64,000 nucleotides of DNA from Octopus sinensis (GCF_006345805.1 NC_043001.1:126542001-126606000); one strand, 5' to 3'; shown: positions 11,833-23,525, counted from the stretch's first letter. Notes: generated by a model from the sequence alone, not told the origin. Translations and numbers: made by a program.

Positions 11833-12400
11833 TTATTTCTATGCCAATATGCTGATAACAGACTTAAAAAAAAACTTCATCCTATATTAGTAGTAGACTT
11901 ATTACTACTCGCTATAGGGACTGGTAACCACTATGAGCTGTATTGGAGAACAGTTCACACGTATGTTGAGGCTGACCAAAGAATTTTATTTTTAGATATA
12001 TCTGGGGTACTTATATGTACTCATGATTTTTGTTTCGGCTTTTTTCCATGGGCGCCTGTAAGTATCTTATTTATATCCTTTCGTATTTTCTACTGAGGAG
12101 GAAAAAATCTATTATGAGATTAGTTCCGAAATTGATTCAATATAGAAATAACGATCTTTAAAAAAAAATTCTATCGGCCGGCTTTCCTCGATTTCAGCTC
12201 TTTGTGTTTTTTCTGTAGCGAGTAAATAATATGTGGAAATTGACGATTTAAAAGTCTGTTATCAGCATATTGGCATAGAAATAATTTTCTTTAGCCCTTA
12301 TTTATAAGTTGTTTATAATTTAAACCTTAAAGTTTTAATATGCTGCCACATTTATTGATGGAATTTTTTTTCTGTAAAAAAACTACATCCTATATTAGTA
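11833..12400 (+). mobile_element. ~508-bp terminally redundant hammerhead-bearing unit with a 33-bp inverted tail (retrozyme/pLTR-like)
   Basis: 25-bp direct repeat at 11868-11892 and 12376-12400 (1 mismatch); 11833-11865 is the exact reverse complement of 12252-12284; (TA)n on both sides. Confidence 0.75.
12087..12148 (+). ncRNA. Type I hammerhead ribozyme (CUGAGGA core, AUA cleavage triplet)
   Basis: Helix I UUUCUA/UAGAAA; core CUGAGGA; helix II GGAA..AAUCU-auuaug-AGAUU..UUCC; GAA; helix III AUUGA-u-UCAAU; H17 = A12142. Confidence 0.85.
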
Positions 12401-12649
12401 TATATATATATATATATATATATATGAATAAAGGAATTTTGCTAAAATCTTCGTTCGACTCCATTCTTTCATTTATTCATATTTAAAATAACACACAAAT
12501 TTCCACATAAGCACACGGGGTTTCTGCCCTTGGCATATAGCTTTAACCGTGTTTTCTGACGTGAATTTGCTACCCAGGTATCGATTAACCGAATTATCCA
12601 TACTAGGATAATTCATTCACCTACTGATATATATATATATATATATATA

Positions 12650-12812
12650 CGACGGTCTTCTTTCAGTTTTCATCTACCAAATCCACTCACAAGACTTTGG
12701 TCAGCCCGTGGTTACATTAGAAGACACTTGCTCAAGGTGTCATGCAGTGGGTCTGAACCAGGAACCATGTGGTTAGGGAGCAAGCCTCTTGCCACACAGC
12801 CACTTCTGCGCC
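12650..12812 (-). mobile_element. SINE family A, 5' half
   Basis: tttcagttttcatctaccaaatccactcac...ccacacagcc. Confidence 0.85.
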
Positions 12813-13017
12813 TATTTAGTCTACGTTCATGTAATATTTACTTCCACTTCTCTACAAAGCTCTAAAAGATATGCTTAGGTTAATTAGCCTAACGTATCTG
12901 GCCAATTAATGTTTCTATTAGTTGTCTAGATCTTATTTATTTATTTGTTTTCCGTTTTCCGACATTGATATGTTCTGTAATTTCCGTTCTTTGAAACGGG
13001 GAAGGGGATATATATAA

Positions 13018-13064
<47 letters not shown>

Positions 13065-13068
13065 TAAA

Positions 13069-13854
13069 GGGTGAAATATAATTAATTTAATAAAATCAAC
13101 AAATTTCACCAAGTAGTATTTCGGTATGGAAAAGGACCATATTCGGTAAAAGTTTATATAATTATAACAAAGAGGGTCTTTGCAACAAGTTGCTAGACCA
13201 CATACCGAAAGTATTAGAAATAGCAGTCAGAGGACTGTTATTTCTTTTACTACAAAAATATGTCTCCACAGACAACAGTATTTGTAACTCATTATGTGGC
13301 AAAAAAAAGAAGAAAAATAACGAAATCAAACAGTGTCCGGTCAATTATGGACGCATGTTTCTGGATTAGAATCAAAGATTCATTTCCTTCATCAACATAA
13401 TATTCCGATAAATAAATCTAGAAATGCTAGGAAATCTTACTCTCCATATTTCCGACCGGGCAACATCGGGGCATACAGAAGCTGATCAGCATATCCACAT
13501 TTATATAGACAAGTGAATTCGTATTTCCCTCCAGAATTTTTTCCCAAGTGAGTTACAAAATAATACTGCCGAAAATAGATTCGTAGTTCTGTCGTAAGGG
13601 AGTAAAATAATCAATACAGTTAATGGGTGAAATATAATTAATTTAATAAAATCAACAAATTTCACCAAGTAGCATTTCGGTATGGAAAAGGACCATATTC
13701 GGTAAAAGTTTATATAATTATAACAAAGAGGGTCTTTGCAACAAGTTGCTAGACAAGTGAATTCGTATTTCCCTCCAGAATTCTGGAGGGAAATACGAAT
13801 TCACTTGTCTATATCAATGTGGATATGCTGATTAGCTTCTGTATGCCCCGATGT
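13069..13854. mobile_element. pLTR-like unit: 130-bp direct repeats (period 556) plus a fold-back tail with a 62-bp perfect palindrome
   Basis: 13069-13198 equals 13625-13754 (1 mismatch); palindrome at 13750-13811; 13781-13854 is an inverted copy of 13463-13538; starts next to (TA)n. Confidence 0.75.
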
Positions 13855-14229
13855 CTTTCATATACACTGCGTGCAATCAATACTGATTTTCTGGAGATGC
13901 AATGTTACATGATTAAAATATAACAGGAGACGGTAATTTGGTTGACAGGGGAAAGGATATCCCATTAAACAATGTAGGGGCTATCTGAGAGAAGGAAAGA
14001 AAAAGACTGCTACCAGTTCATATCTGGAGAACTTTCATGGGACATCTGCTGCTTATGGGTGTAAGATGAGGAGAAAAGAAAAGGTTAGAAATTAACCGGC
14101 AGAGTTGGAAGAACCTTATCACCTATATACCGATGGAGGTGGGCGGACATTAAGTACTTTGTGGTACTTTTTATGAAGAAGTGTTAAGGTTGTTCGGTGT
14201 TAAAGATCAAGAAATATCTATATTTTACG

Positions 14230-14524
14230 TATTACTTGCGCGCCCGCTCTATTCGCCAGATGAACTTCCATCTCTTCCCCAAGATCAAAATGGAGCTCAA
14301 AGATCCCCGTTTTCACACCGTTGTCGAGATCTAGAGTGAATCGCGGAAGGTCCTCAGCTCCCTTGCGGAAAACGACTGCCAGGTCGGATTCCAAATGTGG
14401 CAGTGCCGTTGCAATTGGCATGTTGCGCAAAGTGACTATTTCGAAAGAGATGATGTTAAAACTAAGGTAAATAAGTTATTTTTTTATTAAACTAACTAGT
14501 CCTGGAACTTTTTGATGATACCTC
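14230..14524 (+). mobile_element. Mariner transposase C-terminal remnant
   Basis: ..PLYSPD..HLFPKIKMELK..RFHTVVEI..DYFE; same family as 34660-35090. Confidence 0.75.
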
Positions 14525-14558
14525 CTAAACAGTAAGAATGCAAGCTGATATCAATATC

Positions 14559-14792
14559 TATTTCTTTACTACCCACGAGGGGCCAAACACAGAGAGGACA
14601 AACAAGGATAGACAAACGGATTAAGTTGATTATATCGACCCCAGTGCGTAACTAGTACTTAATTTATCGATCCCCGAAAGGATGAAAGTCAAAGTCGACC
14701 TCGGCGGAATTTGAACTCAGAACGTAACGGCAGACGAAATACCACTAAGCATTTCGCTCGGCATGCTAACGTTTCTGCCAGCTCGCCGCCTT
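14559..14792 (-). mobile_element. Full-length SINE family B with an 11-bp TSD
   Basis: TSD atatcaatatc at 14548-14558 and 14793-14803. Confidence 0.92.
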
Positions 14793-15709
14793 ATATCAAT
14801 ATCGTTAAAGCGTCGGACACAATTTAGCAGTCTTTTCCCACCATTTTTAAAATTGGGGTACAAGATTACATGCTTACAGATTAATTGTTTAAACACTTGG
14901 GTGTTACACTCGTACCTCAACTCCTTCACCACTTCAGGAAAGTTTCAAGATCGCCTGGAAATGTTACATGCGATAGGCTAACATTTTACTCACGCAATGA
15001 TATGCTTCGTGTTTGCTTCATGCTATGGAATAAGGGGCTCTCAGAAGCCTAATATAAATCATTGTACATACTTTTTGTATACCTAGCGCTGTATTGTCTA
15101 ATATGTCCTCCTCTCTTAAATATAGTACGGTGCGAGTTAAAAAAAAATAGCTGATATTTTCAGTATGTCGAGCGACTACGTAAAGGCCCCGTCATTGGCT
15201 CATGTGAATGTTGCCACTTTTTTTATTTAACACCACATTAACCCTAATCAAATACACCATGACTAACCCGTCCTTTGCCTGTGTACAGAGAACCTCGGAA
15301 CATATCTCAAACGTACACATTTCTAATGCAGCAGGGCTGATATTTCTCGCAAAGTGAATTGACCAAGTGGAGGCTCTCTTATTGGCATGTGAGTTTGGAC
15401 GTGTAGTGGATGGTGTTTAAAATAATGTTCTCTGTGACCGAGCAACTCCTTGCAAAATATTATTTATTAGTAGGATGTGAAAGACATATTTTATCTGTCA
15501 GTCAAATAACCTGCCCTACTGACTGTCAGTTGCTTTGATTGTTTGTTTGTATATTTATTTATAAGTTTCCTCCTTCCCCCCCTCCACTTAATTTATATGA
15601 CTAAATTACTTGTATCATAACCATCACGAAAATCTTTCAATCTCATATATGTGCGTGTGTGCGTGTGTGTGGTTGCGTGCATTTATATGTATATATATAT
15701 ATATATATA

Positions 15710-15900
15710 ACGGGAAGCTTTATGAAAATAAACAAAAGACGAAGGCAGGTGGAAAACAAACGGACAATTGTATTAGTATGGCGCTCAGGAAATATAAATA
15801 AAACAAGTCTTTAACGTTTCGAGCCTACGCTCTTCAACAGAAAGATACACAGAGAGAGAAAAACACAGAAAGAAGGAGAGAAAAAAAATGCGTGCAGTAG
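15710..15900 (-). mobile_element. Penelope-like terminal region with a hammerhead-like motif, abutting (TA)n
   Basis: Related to 9001-9200. Confidence 0.6.
15808..15845 (-). ncRNA. Minimal type I hammerhead-like motif, variant core CUGUUGA(+A)
   Basis: Minus strand: UCUUU CUGUUGA A GAGC-GUAG-GCUC GAAAC GUU AAAGA. Helices I (5 bp) and II (4 bp) are perfect; A6 is replaced by U. Confidence 0.55.
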
Positions 15901-16018
15901 CTAACGAATCAACATGGCGATCTGATTTCGGCCAGAGGTCAAAGATCAAACATGAGACGCGAGAGCGAAATAAGGGGAGATAATAGGGTTGATAAAGGGG
16001 TTGAGGGACCAGCTAAAA

Positions 16019-16335
16019 GTGCGTGGGAGGGGTCTGGATGTGTGTATGTATAGGGTTGGTGTATGTATTAGTATGTATAAGGGTGTGTGTGTGTGTGTGT
16101 ATGAGAGAGTATTAGTGCGTAGGATTGGTCTGGACGTGCGTATGTATGGGGTTGGTGTATGTATTAGTATGTATTAGTATGTATTAGTACGTATTGGTAT
16201 GTATAGGTGTGTGTGTGTGTGTGTGAGAGAGTATAAGTGCGTATGCGGGTCTGGACGTGTGTATGTATAGGGTTGGTGTGTAAGTAGTAGTATGTACTAG
16301 TATGTATTAGTACGTATTAGTATGTATTAGTGGTG
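16019..16335. repeat. Minisatellite, 3 imperfect ~100-120 bp units
   Basis: gtgcgt...ggtctggacgtg..tatgtat.gggttggtgtatgtattagtat repeated three times. Confidence 0.8.
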
Positions 16336-16389
16336 GTGTATTAGTATGGCACATCATATGTGATGTGATGTGTAAAGTCATGTGGTTGT

Positions 16390-16620
16390 AGTGAGGAGAA
16401 GAGGGGGAGGGGGAGAAGAGGGGGGAGAGAAGGGGGAGAGGAGAAGAGGGGGAGGAGAAGGGGGAGGGGAGAGGATGGGGGAGAGGAAGGGGATGAGGGG
16501 GATGAAGGGAAAGAGGGAGAGAGGGGGAGAGAAGGGGAGAGAGGAGTGAGGGAGCAGAGGGAAGGGGAAGAGGGAGGGAGAAAGAGGGAAGAGGGAGGGG
16601 GAGTAGGGTGAAAGGATGAA
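16390..16620. repeat. G/A-rich polypurine low-complexity tract
   Basis: Direct reading. Confidence 0.85.
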
Positions 16621-16719
16621 GGACTGAAGAAGTAGGGGTCGGGATATATATATATATATATATGTGGTGTGTGTGTGTGAGTGTGTGTGTGTGGTATGTA
16701 TATATATATGTGCATGTAT

Positions 16720-17106
16720 ACTCTTTTACTTTTACTCTTTTACTTGTTTCAGTCATTTGACTGCGGCCATGCTGCAGCACCACCTTTAGTCGAGCAACTC
16801 GATCCCGGGACTTATTCTTTGTAAGCCCAGTACTTATTCTATCGGTCTATTTTGCCGAACCGCTAAGTAACGGGGAGATAAACACACAAGTATCGGTTGT
16901 CAAGCAATGCTAGAGGGACAAACACAGACACACATACATATATATACATATATACGACGGGCTTCTTTCAGTTTCCGTCTACCAAATCCACTCACAAGGC
17001 TTTGGTCGGCCCGAGGCTATAGTAGAAGACACTTGCCCAGGTGCCCGCAGTGGGACTGAACCCGGAACCATGTGGTGGTAAACAAGCTACTTACCACACA
17101 GCCACT
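16720..17106 (-). mobile_element. Near full-length SINE family A
   Basis: Complete head, CORE-like gacacttgcccaggtg, TA/CA middle and 3' tail. Confidence 0.92.
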
Positions 17107-17202
17107 CGAAATATTACCGTCATTTTTATCACTTAGAATATATTCCATGTTTAACACTTCGGTATTACCAGAGTGAATAATTCAATGTATCCAGTGGAAA
17201 TC

Positions 17203-17420
17203 ACACACACACACACACACACAGACACACACACACACACACACAGACACACACACACACACACATACACACACACACACACACATACACACACACATAC
17301 ATATACACACACACAGACACACACACATACATACATACACACACACGCATACACACACACACATACACACACACACACATACACACACACACATACACAC
17401 ACACACACATACACACACAC
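17203..17420. repeat. (CA)n microsatellite
   Basis: Direct reading. Confidence 0.95.
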
Positions 17421-18039
17421 AAATGAATAAATGAATAAAGGCTTAATATAGATGAAAATAAAATGAGGTAGCAAATAACTACTTTCAACCCAATGACCCC
17501 TGCAAAAAGCAGAAAAGATGTTAAACTGACAATTATGGGACACAGTTAATATAGTAAATAACAACAAGAAAAGAACATGAAAGATAAGATTACAAAAATA
17601 AAATAAAATAAAATAAATAACTAAATAAAGCCCAAACCCCCCAGGCACCCACCAAATCCACACAGAGCAAAAATGACGACGAAGCTCAAAGCGGAAGTAG
17701 GCGGGACAGGGTGAGACGGGATCATGAAGGACTCCGTCTGTATTTTAGCGTCTAATGTTTCGAATAAATGCAACGTTCTGGAAACGGATCTGAAATTTCA
17801 ATGAACCAAAATGAATGATCTCGTAGAAAAAGGCAAAAAAAAAAAAAAAAGAAAAATCTGAATTTGAAACCGAATATATTCTTTACACGGTGACCGCTGA
17901 GAGCCAAATGAGCGACAACAGTATCAGCATCAACAACGAGACAGCTAGAATTATAAGTTTTCTTTTTTTTTAGATTTTTTCTTTACAAGGCCAGCAATTT
18001 ATGTGAAGGGGTTTAGTTGCTTATATCGACTTCAGTGCT

Positions 18040-18562
18040 CAACAACTGGTACAAAACATTTTTTCATCGAAAGTCAAAGTCGCACTCAGCAGAATTTGGA
18101 CTTGGAACATTAAACCAGAAGAAACACCGCTAAGCATATCCGTAGCGCAAACGATTCTACTTGTCCACTGCTTTTAATAATAATTTCTTCTACTATAGGC
18201 AAAAAGCCTGGTATTGTTGGGGGGGGGGGGGGCTTGTCGATAGCATCGACTTCAATTGGTTATTATTTCAGTGACATCGAAATGATGGTACGCAAAGTCG
18301 ACATTGGTGTAATTTGATCTGAGAACGTAAAGCCAGGAGAAAAATACCTATTTCTTTATTACCCACAAGGGGCTAAACACAGAGGGGACAAACAAGGACA
18401 GACATAGGTATTAAGTAGATTACATCGACCCCTGTGAGTAACTACTGGTACTTAATTTATCGACCCCGAAAGGATGAAAGGCAAAGTCGACCTCGGCGGA
18501 ATTTGAACACAGAACGTAACGGCAGACGAAATACCGCTTAGCATTTTGCCCGACGCGCAAAC
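18040..18562 (-). mobile_element. Cluster of SINE family B copies: older decayed copies plus a young copy at 18349-18562
   Basis: Repeated aaagtcgac..ggaatttg..agaacgt motifs. Confidence 0.8.
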
Positions 18563-18564
18563 AG

Positions 18565-18745
18565 ATCCATCCATCCATCCATCCATCCATCCATCCATCC
18601 ATTCATCCATCCATCCAATATCTATCTAAATATCTATCTATCTAGCTAGCTAGCTATCTACAGATATGTGTATGTCGATCTACAGGCAGACAGACAGACA
18701 GACAGACAGACAGATAGATAGATAGATAGATAGATATATAGATAT

Positions 18746-18812
<67 letters not shown>
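18565..18812. repeat. Compound (TCCA)n/(GACA)n/(GATA)n microsatellite
   Basis: Direct reading. Confidence 0.95.
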
Positions 18813-18813
<1 letters not shown>

Positions 18814-18894
18814 ACGGCATAGTTCAAGGCTTCAGAATTTGAACAGCAACAACGAGAACAATGAAAATGGTAATGACGACGACGACGACGACGC

Positions 18895-18926
<32 letters not shown>

Positions 18927-19114
18927 GTGTTCACGAATGCTAATGATAAAAATGGGTTACAAACCAAATATAGTAAAAGTAAATAAAAAAGCACAAAACA
19001 TATACATACATACATACACACATACATACATACATACATACACACACATACATACATACATACATACATACATACATACATACATACACACATATATACA
19101 TACATACATACATA

Positions 19115-19586
19115 TATAAAATATAAATAGTAACGGGTAAAAACAAATGTAAATAGGATAGAATAGATAGAAATCGTACTGATTAACCTAATGGAAGAAT
19201 TCAGTTAGAGTAACCTGAATTTTTGGACGGAGACATACCATTAGTCATACGTATATGCATATATGTATGCAAGTGTGCACAGATACATATATACATACAT
19301 ACATACATACGATACATACCATACATACATACCTACATACCACACATACATACATACATACTTACATACATACACACAACACACATACATACATACATAC
19401 ATACGTACATACATAACATACAACATACATACTACATACATACATACATCGTACGTACATACATAATCCATACATACACACATACACACACATACTACAT
19501 ACATACATACATACACACACATACATACATACATACATACATACATACATACATACATACGTACATACATACACACATACATACAC

Positions 19587-19633
<47 letters not shown>

Positions 19634-19821
19634 ATATTATATATATATATATACATATGTCTATAAAATATAAATAGTAACGGGTAAAAACAAATGTAAA
19701 TAGGATAGAATAGATAGAAATCGTACTGATTAACCTAATGGAAGAATTCAGTTAGAGTAACCTGAATTTTTGGACGGAGACATACCATTAGTCATACGTA
19801 TATGCATATATGTATGCAAGT
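19115..19821. repeat. 160-bp identical direct repeat (19115-19274 and 19662-19821) separated by (CATA)n/(TA)n
   Basis: Direct comparison; period 547. Confidence 0.9.
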
Positions 19822-19903
19822 AAGCATACATACATACATACATACACACACACACGTATACATATATATATATTATATATATATTATATATATATATATA
19901 TAG

Positions 19904-19935
<32 letters not shown>

Positions 19936-20203
19936 TATATTTAGCAATTAAGGACAACCACTTAATAAGAAAACTTAACAAGAATTGTCAGGTAGCGTAA
20001 AAACCTCATAAGAGAAAAAATTTCGAAAATAATTATTTCTTATTGAACATATTAATTTATATATAGAGGGCATTATACATACATGCCAGAAGGCATTATA
20101 CATACATGCCAACCGCTAAGAAGGACAATTAGTCATTTCTAACCAAAAATATTACTAATCCCACCGAATGCAATTTTTCAAAGTAAGACATTTAAAAAAA
20201 TAT

Positions 20204-20251
20204 AGACCTGTATCACAGTGATTTCATACTTACGTACTCATCAGCAGGCCT
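20204..20251 (-). ncRNA. Type I hammerhead ribozyme, copy 1
   Basis: AGGCCUG CUGAUGA GUAC-GUAA-GUAU GAA AUCAC-U-GUGAU A CAGGUCU: 7-bp helix I, canonical core, AUA cleavage site. Confidence 0.92.
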
Positions 20252-20682
20252 GAATGTATTATAAATAAACAACGACCCTGCCCCGCTTAAGCCGATCAGC
20301 TAACTGCTCACATCAACGAAGCACATGGGTGAGTTTACATATATTACATCCGGATAAATGGCAAACTTTTACGAATTGCATTTCGGGAGAGGAAAAGTTT
20401 TTTCGGAATAAAAATTTAGCAATTAAGGACAACCACTTAATAAGGAAAACTTAACAAGAAATTGTCAGTAGATAGCGTAAAAACCTCATAAGAGAAAAAA
20501 TTTCGAAAATAATTATTTCTTATTGAACATATTAATTTATATATAGAGGGCATTATGCATACATGCCAGAAGGCATTATACATACATGCCAAACGCTAAG
20601 AGGGACAATTAGTCATTTCTACCAAAAATATTACTAATCCCACCGAATGCAATTTTTCAAAGTAAGACATTTAAAAAAATAT

Positions 20683-20730
20683 AGACCTGTATCACAGTGA
20701 TTTCATACTTACGTACTCATCAGCAGGCCT
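20683..20730 (-). ncRNA. Type I hammerhead ribozyme, copy 2
   Basis: Identical to copy 1. Confidence 0.92.
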
Positions 20731-21138
20731 GAATGTATATAATAAACAACGACGACCCTGCCCCGCTTAAGCCGATCAGCTAACTGCTCAACATCAACGA
20801 AGCACATGGGTGAGTTTACATATATTACATCCGGATAAATGGCAAACTTTTACGAATTGCATTTCGGGAGAGGAAAAGTTTTTTCGGAATAAAAATTTAG
20901 CAATTAAGGACAACCACTTAATAAGGAAAACTTAACAAGAAATTGTCAGGTAGATAGCGTAAAAACCTCATAAGAAAAAAATTTCGAAAATATATTTCTT
21001 ATTGAACATATTAATTTATTATATATAGAGGCATTATACATACATGCCAAACGCTAAGAGGGACAATTAGTCATTTCTACCAAAAATATTACTAATCCAC
21101 CGAATGCAATTTTTCAAAGTAAGACATTAAAAAAATAT

Positions 21139-21186
21139 AGACCTGTATCACAGTGATTTCATACTTACGTACTCATCAGCAGGCCT
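21139..21186 (-). ncRNA. Type I hammerhead ribozyme, copy 3
   Basis: Identical to copy 1. Confidence 0.92.
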
Positions 21187-21260
21187 GAATGTATTATAAT
21201 AAACAACGACCCTGCCCCGCTTAAGCCGATCAGCTAACTGCTCAACATCAACGAAGCACA

Positions 21261-21308
21261 TGGGCTGCTGATGAGTACGTAAGTATGAAATCACTGTGAT
21301 ACAGGTCT
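21261..21308 (+). ncRNA. Type I hammerhead ribozyme, copy 4 (inverted; helix I 5' arm altered by the junction)
   Basis: UGGGCUG CUGAUGA GUACGUAAGUAU GAA AUCACUGUGAU A CAGGUCU. Confidence 0.8.
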
Positions 21309-21807
21309 ATATTTTTTTAAATGTCTTACTTTGAAAAATTGCATTCGGTGGGATTAGTAATATTTTTGGTAGAAATGACTAATTGTCCCTCTTAGCGTTT
21401 GGCATGTATGTATAATGCCTTCTGGCATGTATGTATAATGCCCTCTATATATAAATTATATATATGTATATACATACATACATATGTGTATGCGTGCGTG
21501 TGTGTTTGCATGTATACGTATAAATATATAAGCATATATTATTACTCTATGCGGTATCAGTGTTTCGTATGTATGTATATATATGTATGTGTGTATGCGT
21601 GTGTGTATGTGTACATATGTGTATACATATATACATATTCACACGCATACACACGCACAAAATGAAACACCTTTATTCAAGCAAGAAAACCGTTTATTCA
21701 TATATAGTTGCAAGCATGCATACGGCACGTAAACACACACACACACAAACACATACACGCAAATACACACAAATACGCACACAAAAATATACGCTTTCAT
21801 ATATATG

Positions 21808-21840
<33 letters not shown>

Positions 21841-21940
21841 CTGTGTGTGTGTACATGTACTTATATTTATATTTGTATCTCTCTCTATGTATACAGATAT
21901 GAATGTAATTAAATATATATAACTACAAGCATATATATTC

Positions 21941-21980
<40 letters not shown>

Positions 21981-22494
21981 TACAGATATATATACTTGTG
22001 TACGTGCATATGTCTGCGTGCGTGTGTATATATGCGCGCGCGCGTGTGTGTATGCGTGAAGTGAATATATGAATGCCTTCATGAATACAAGTAAATATGT
22101 ATATATTTACTTATAGCTAAGCAAACTAAAATACTACTATATACACACATATAGATTTAAGTACATACATCCACATATTTGTACGCTCACACACTCAGAC
22201 ACAAAGATACGCACAAAATTGGTCTGGGGAGCGATTGACGCAATTCACAAACTCATAAAGACTCCACAATTGCTGAATATTGTATATTTACATTAGATCG
22301 GTACATCTATTCAGGTTTATAATTTACAAAGGTGATGGGTTTTAGGTTAGCTGAACTAGTACCACAATATAATAATTTGATACATTCCTACATACATACA
22401 TGTATGAATGCATACATGTATAAACGCTTTTACGTATAGACGTATATATATATACAACAATATATGTATGTATGTATGTAAGTATGTATGTATG

Positions 22495-22528
<34 letters not shown>

Positions 22529-22530
<2 letters not shown>

Positions 22531-23525
22531 AGGTCATCCCATAAGTTCTGTCAGAATTTTGAATAAAGAAAATAAGTGATCAAATGTTATATTTAATTGA
22601 AGTTTCATCATAAATGTACTTTCTGTGATTATCAATGACTTCCTTCCATCTATTTACAAGGTTTTTAATCCCATCAATGTAAAACTCTTTTGGTTTCAAA
22701 GCGAAGAACTTTGAAATATCAGTTTCTACCTCCTCCTGGCTTGCGAAAGTTATGTCCCCCAAATAATTCTGTACACTACGAAACAAATGGCAGTCTGAAG
22801 GAGCAAGGTCGGGAGAATAAAGTGGATGAGGAATTTTTTCTCAACCAAACTCTTCGATCTTCTGTGATGTGATCTTTGCAGTGCGGGGTCACGCATTGTC
22901 CCGATGAAACATCATTCCTTTTCGATTCACTAAAACGGTTTTTTCTTCAAAGCTTGGTTCAAGCACTCTTATTGCTGACAGTAGACTTGAGCATTGATTG
23001 TTGCATTAGGTGGTAACAATTCAAAATGAATTACTCCTTTGCAATCCCGCCAGATACAGAGAAGAACTTTTTTCCATGAAGATCCCTTCTCGGGTGCGGT
23101 TGAGCTTTTACTCTTTTACCAAGCCATTGTTTACGACGTTTAACATTTCGATAGAAGATCTAGTTTTCATCACCAGTCACAAGTCTATCCAAAAAGGGTG
23201 AAATGAGTTCGCGAGAACGGAGAGAAGAGCAGATGTCAACTCGGGATTTGCGGTTGCTTTCGGACAATTCATGAGGCACCCATTTTCAAAGTTTAGGAAC
23301 CTTTCCAAGGTGTTGAAGATGACGGTGAACAGTTGCATGGTTTGAACTAAGCTTTATTGCCAATTCTTCCACTGATAATGCATGATTTTTCTTGCCTGCA
23401 GCAGTTAATCAAACGTTTGAATATTAACAAAAAAGTTCACATTTCAGACGTTTTTCTTCTTAACAAGTCGACCATTCTCTTCTAGTGAAATTCGATAGAT
23501 GGAAATCTTTTCTTGTAATTCAAGT
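22529..23525 (-). mobile_element. Mariner-family DNA transposon, decayed
   Basis: FHRDNA*P...IPHPLYSPDLAPSDCHLFRSVQNYL...RWKEVIDN; terminal tcaggtcatcccataag next to TA. Confidence 0.9.

Larger units (their letters stand above)
19941..21458 (-). mobile_element. Hammerhead-containing tandem array (retrozyme-like): ~2.8 units of ~477 bp plus a 194-bp inverted segment
   Basis: Units start at 19941, 20416 and 20897; 21265-21458 is the reverse complement of part of the unit; (TA)n on both flanks; no ORF. Confidence 0.85.

Noticed and set aside
19941-21264. CRISPR array or ordinary satellite interpretation of the tandem array
   Set aside because: The units are long and near-identical with no unique spacers, the context is eukaryotic, and each unit carries a hammerhead.
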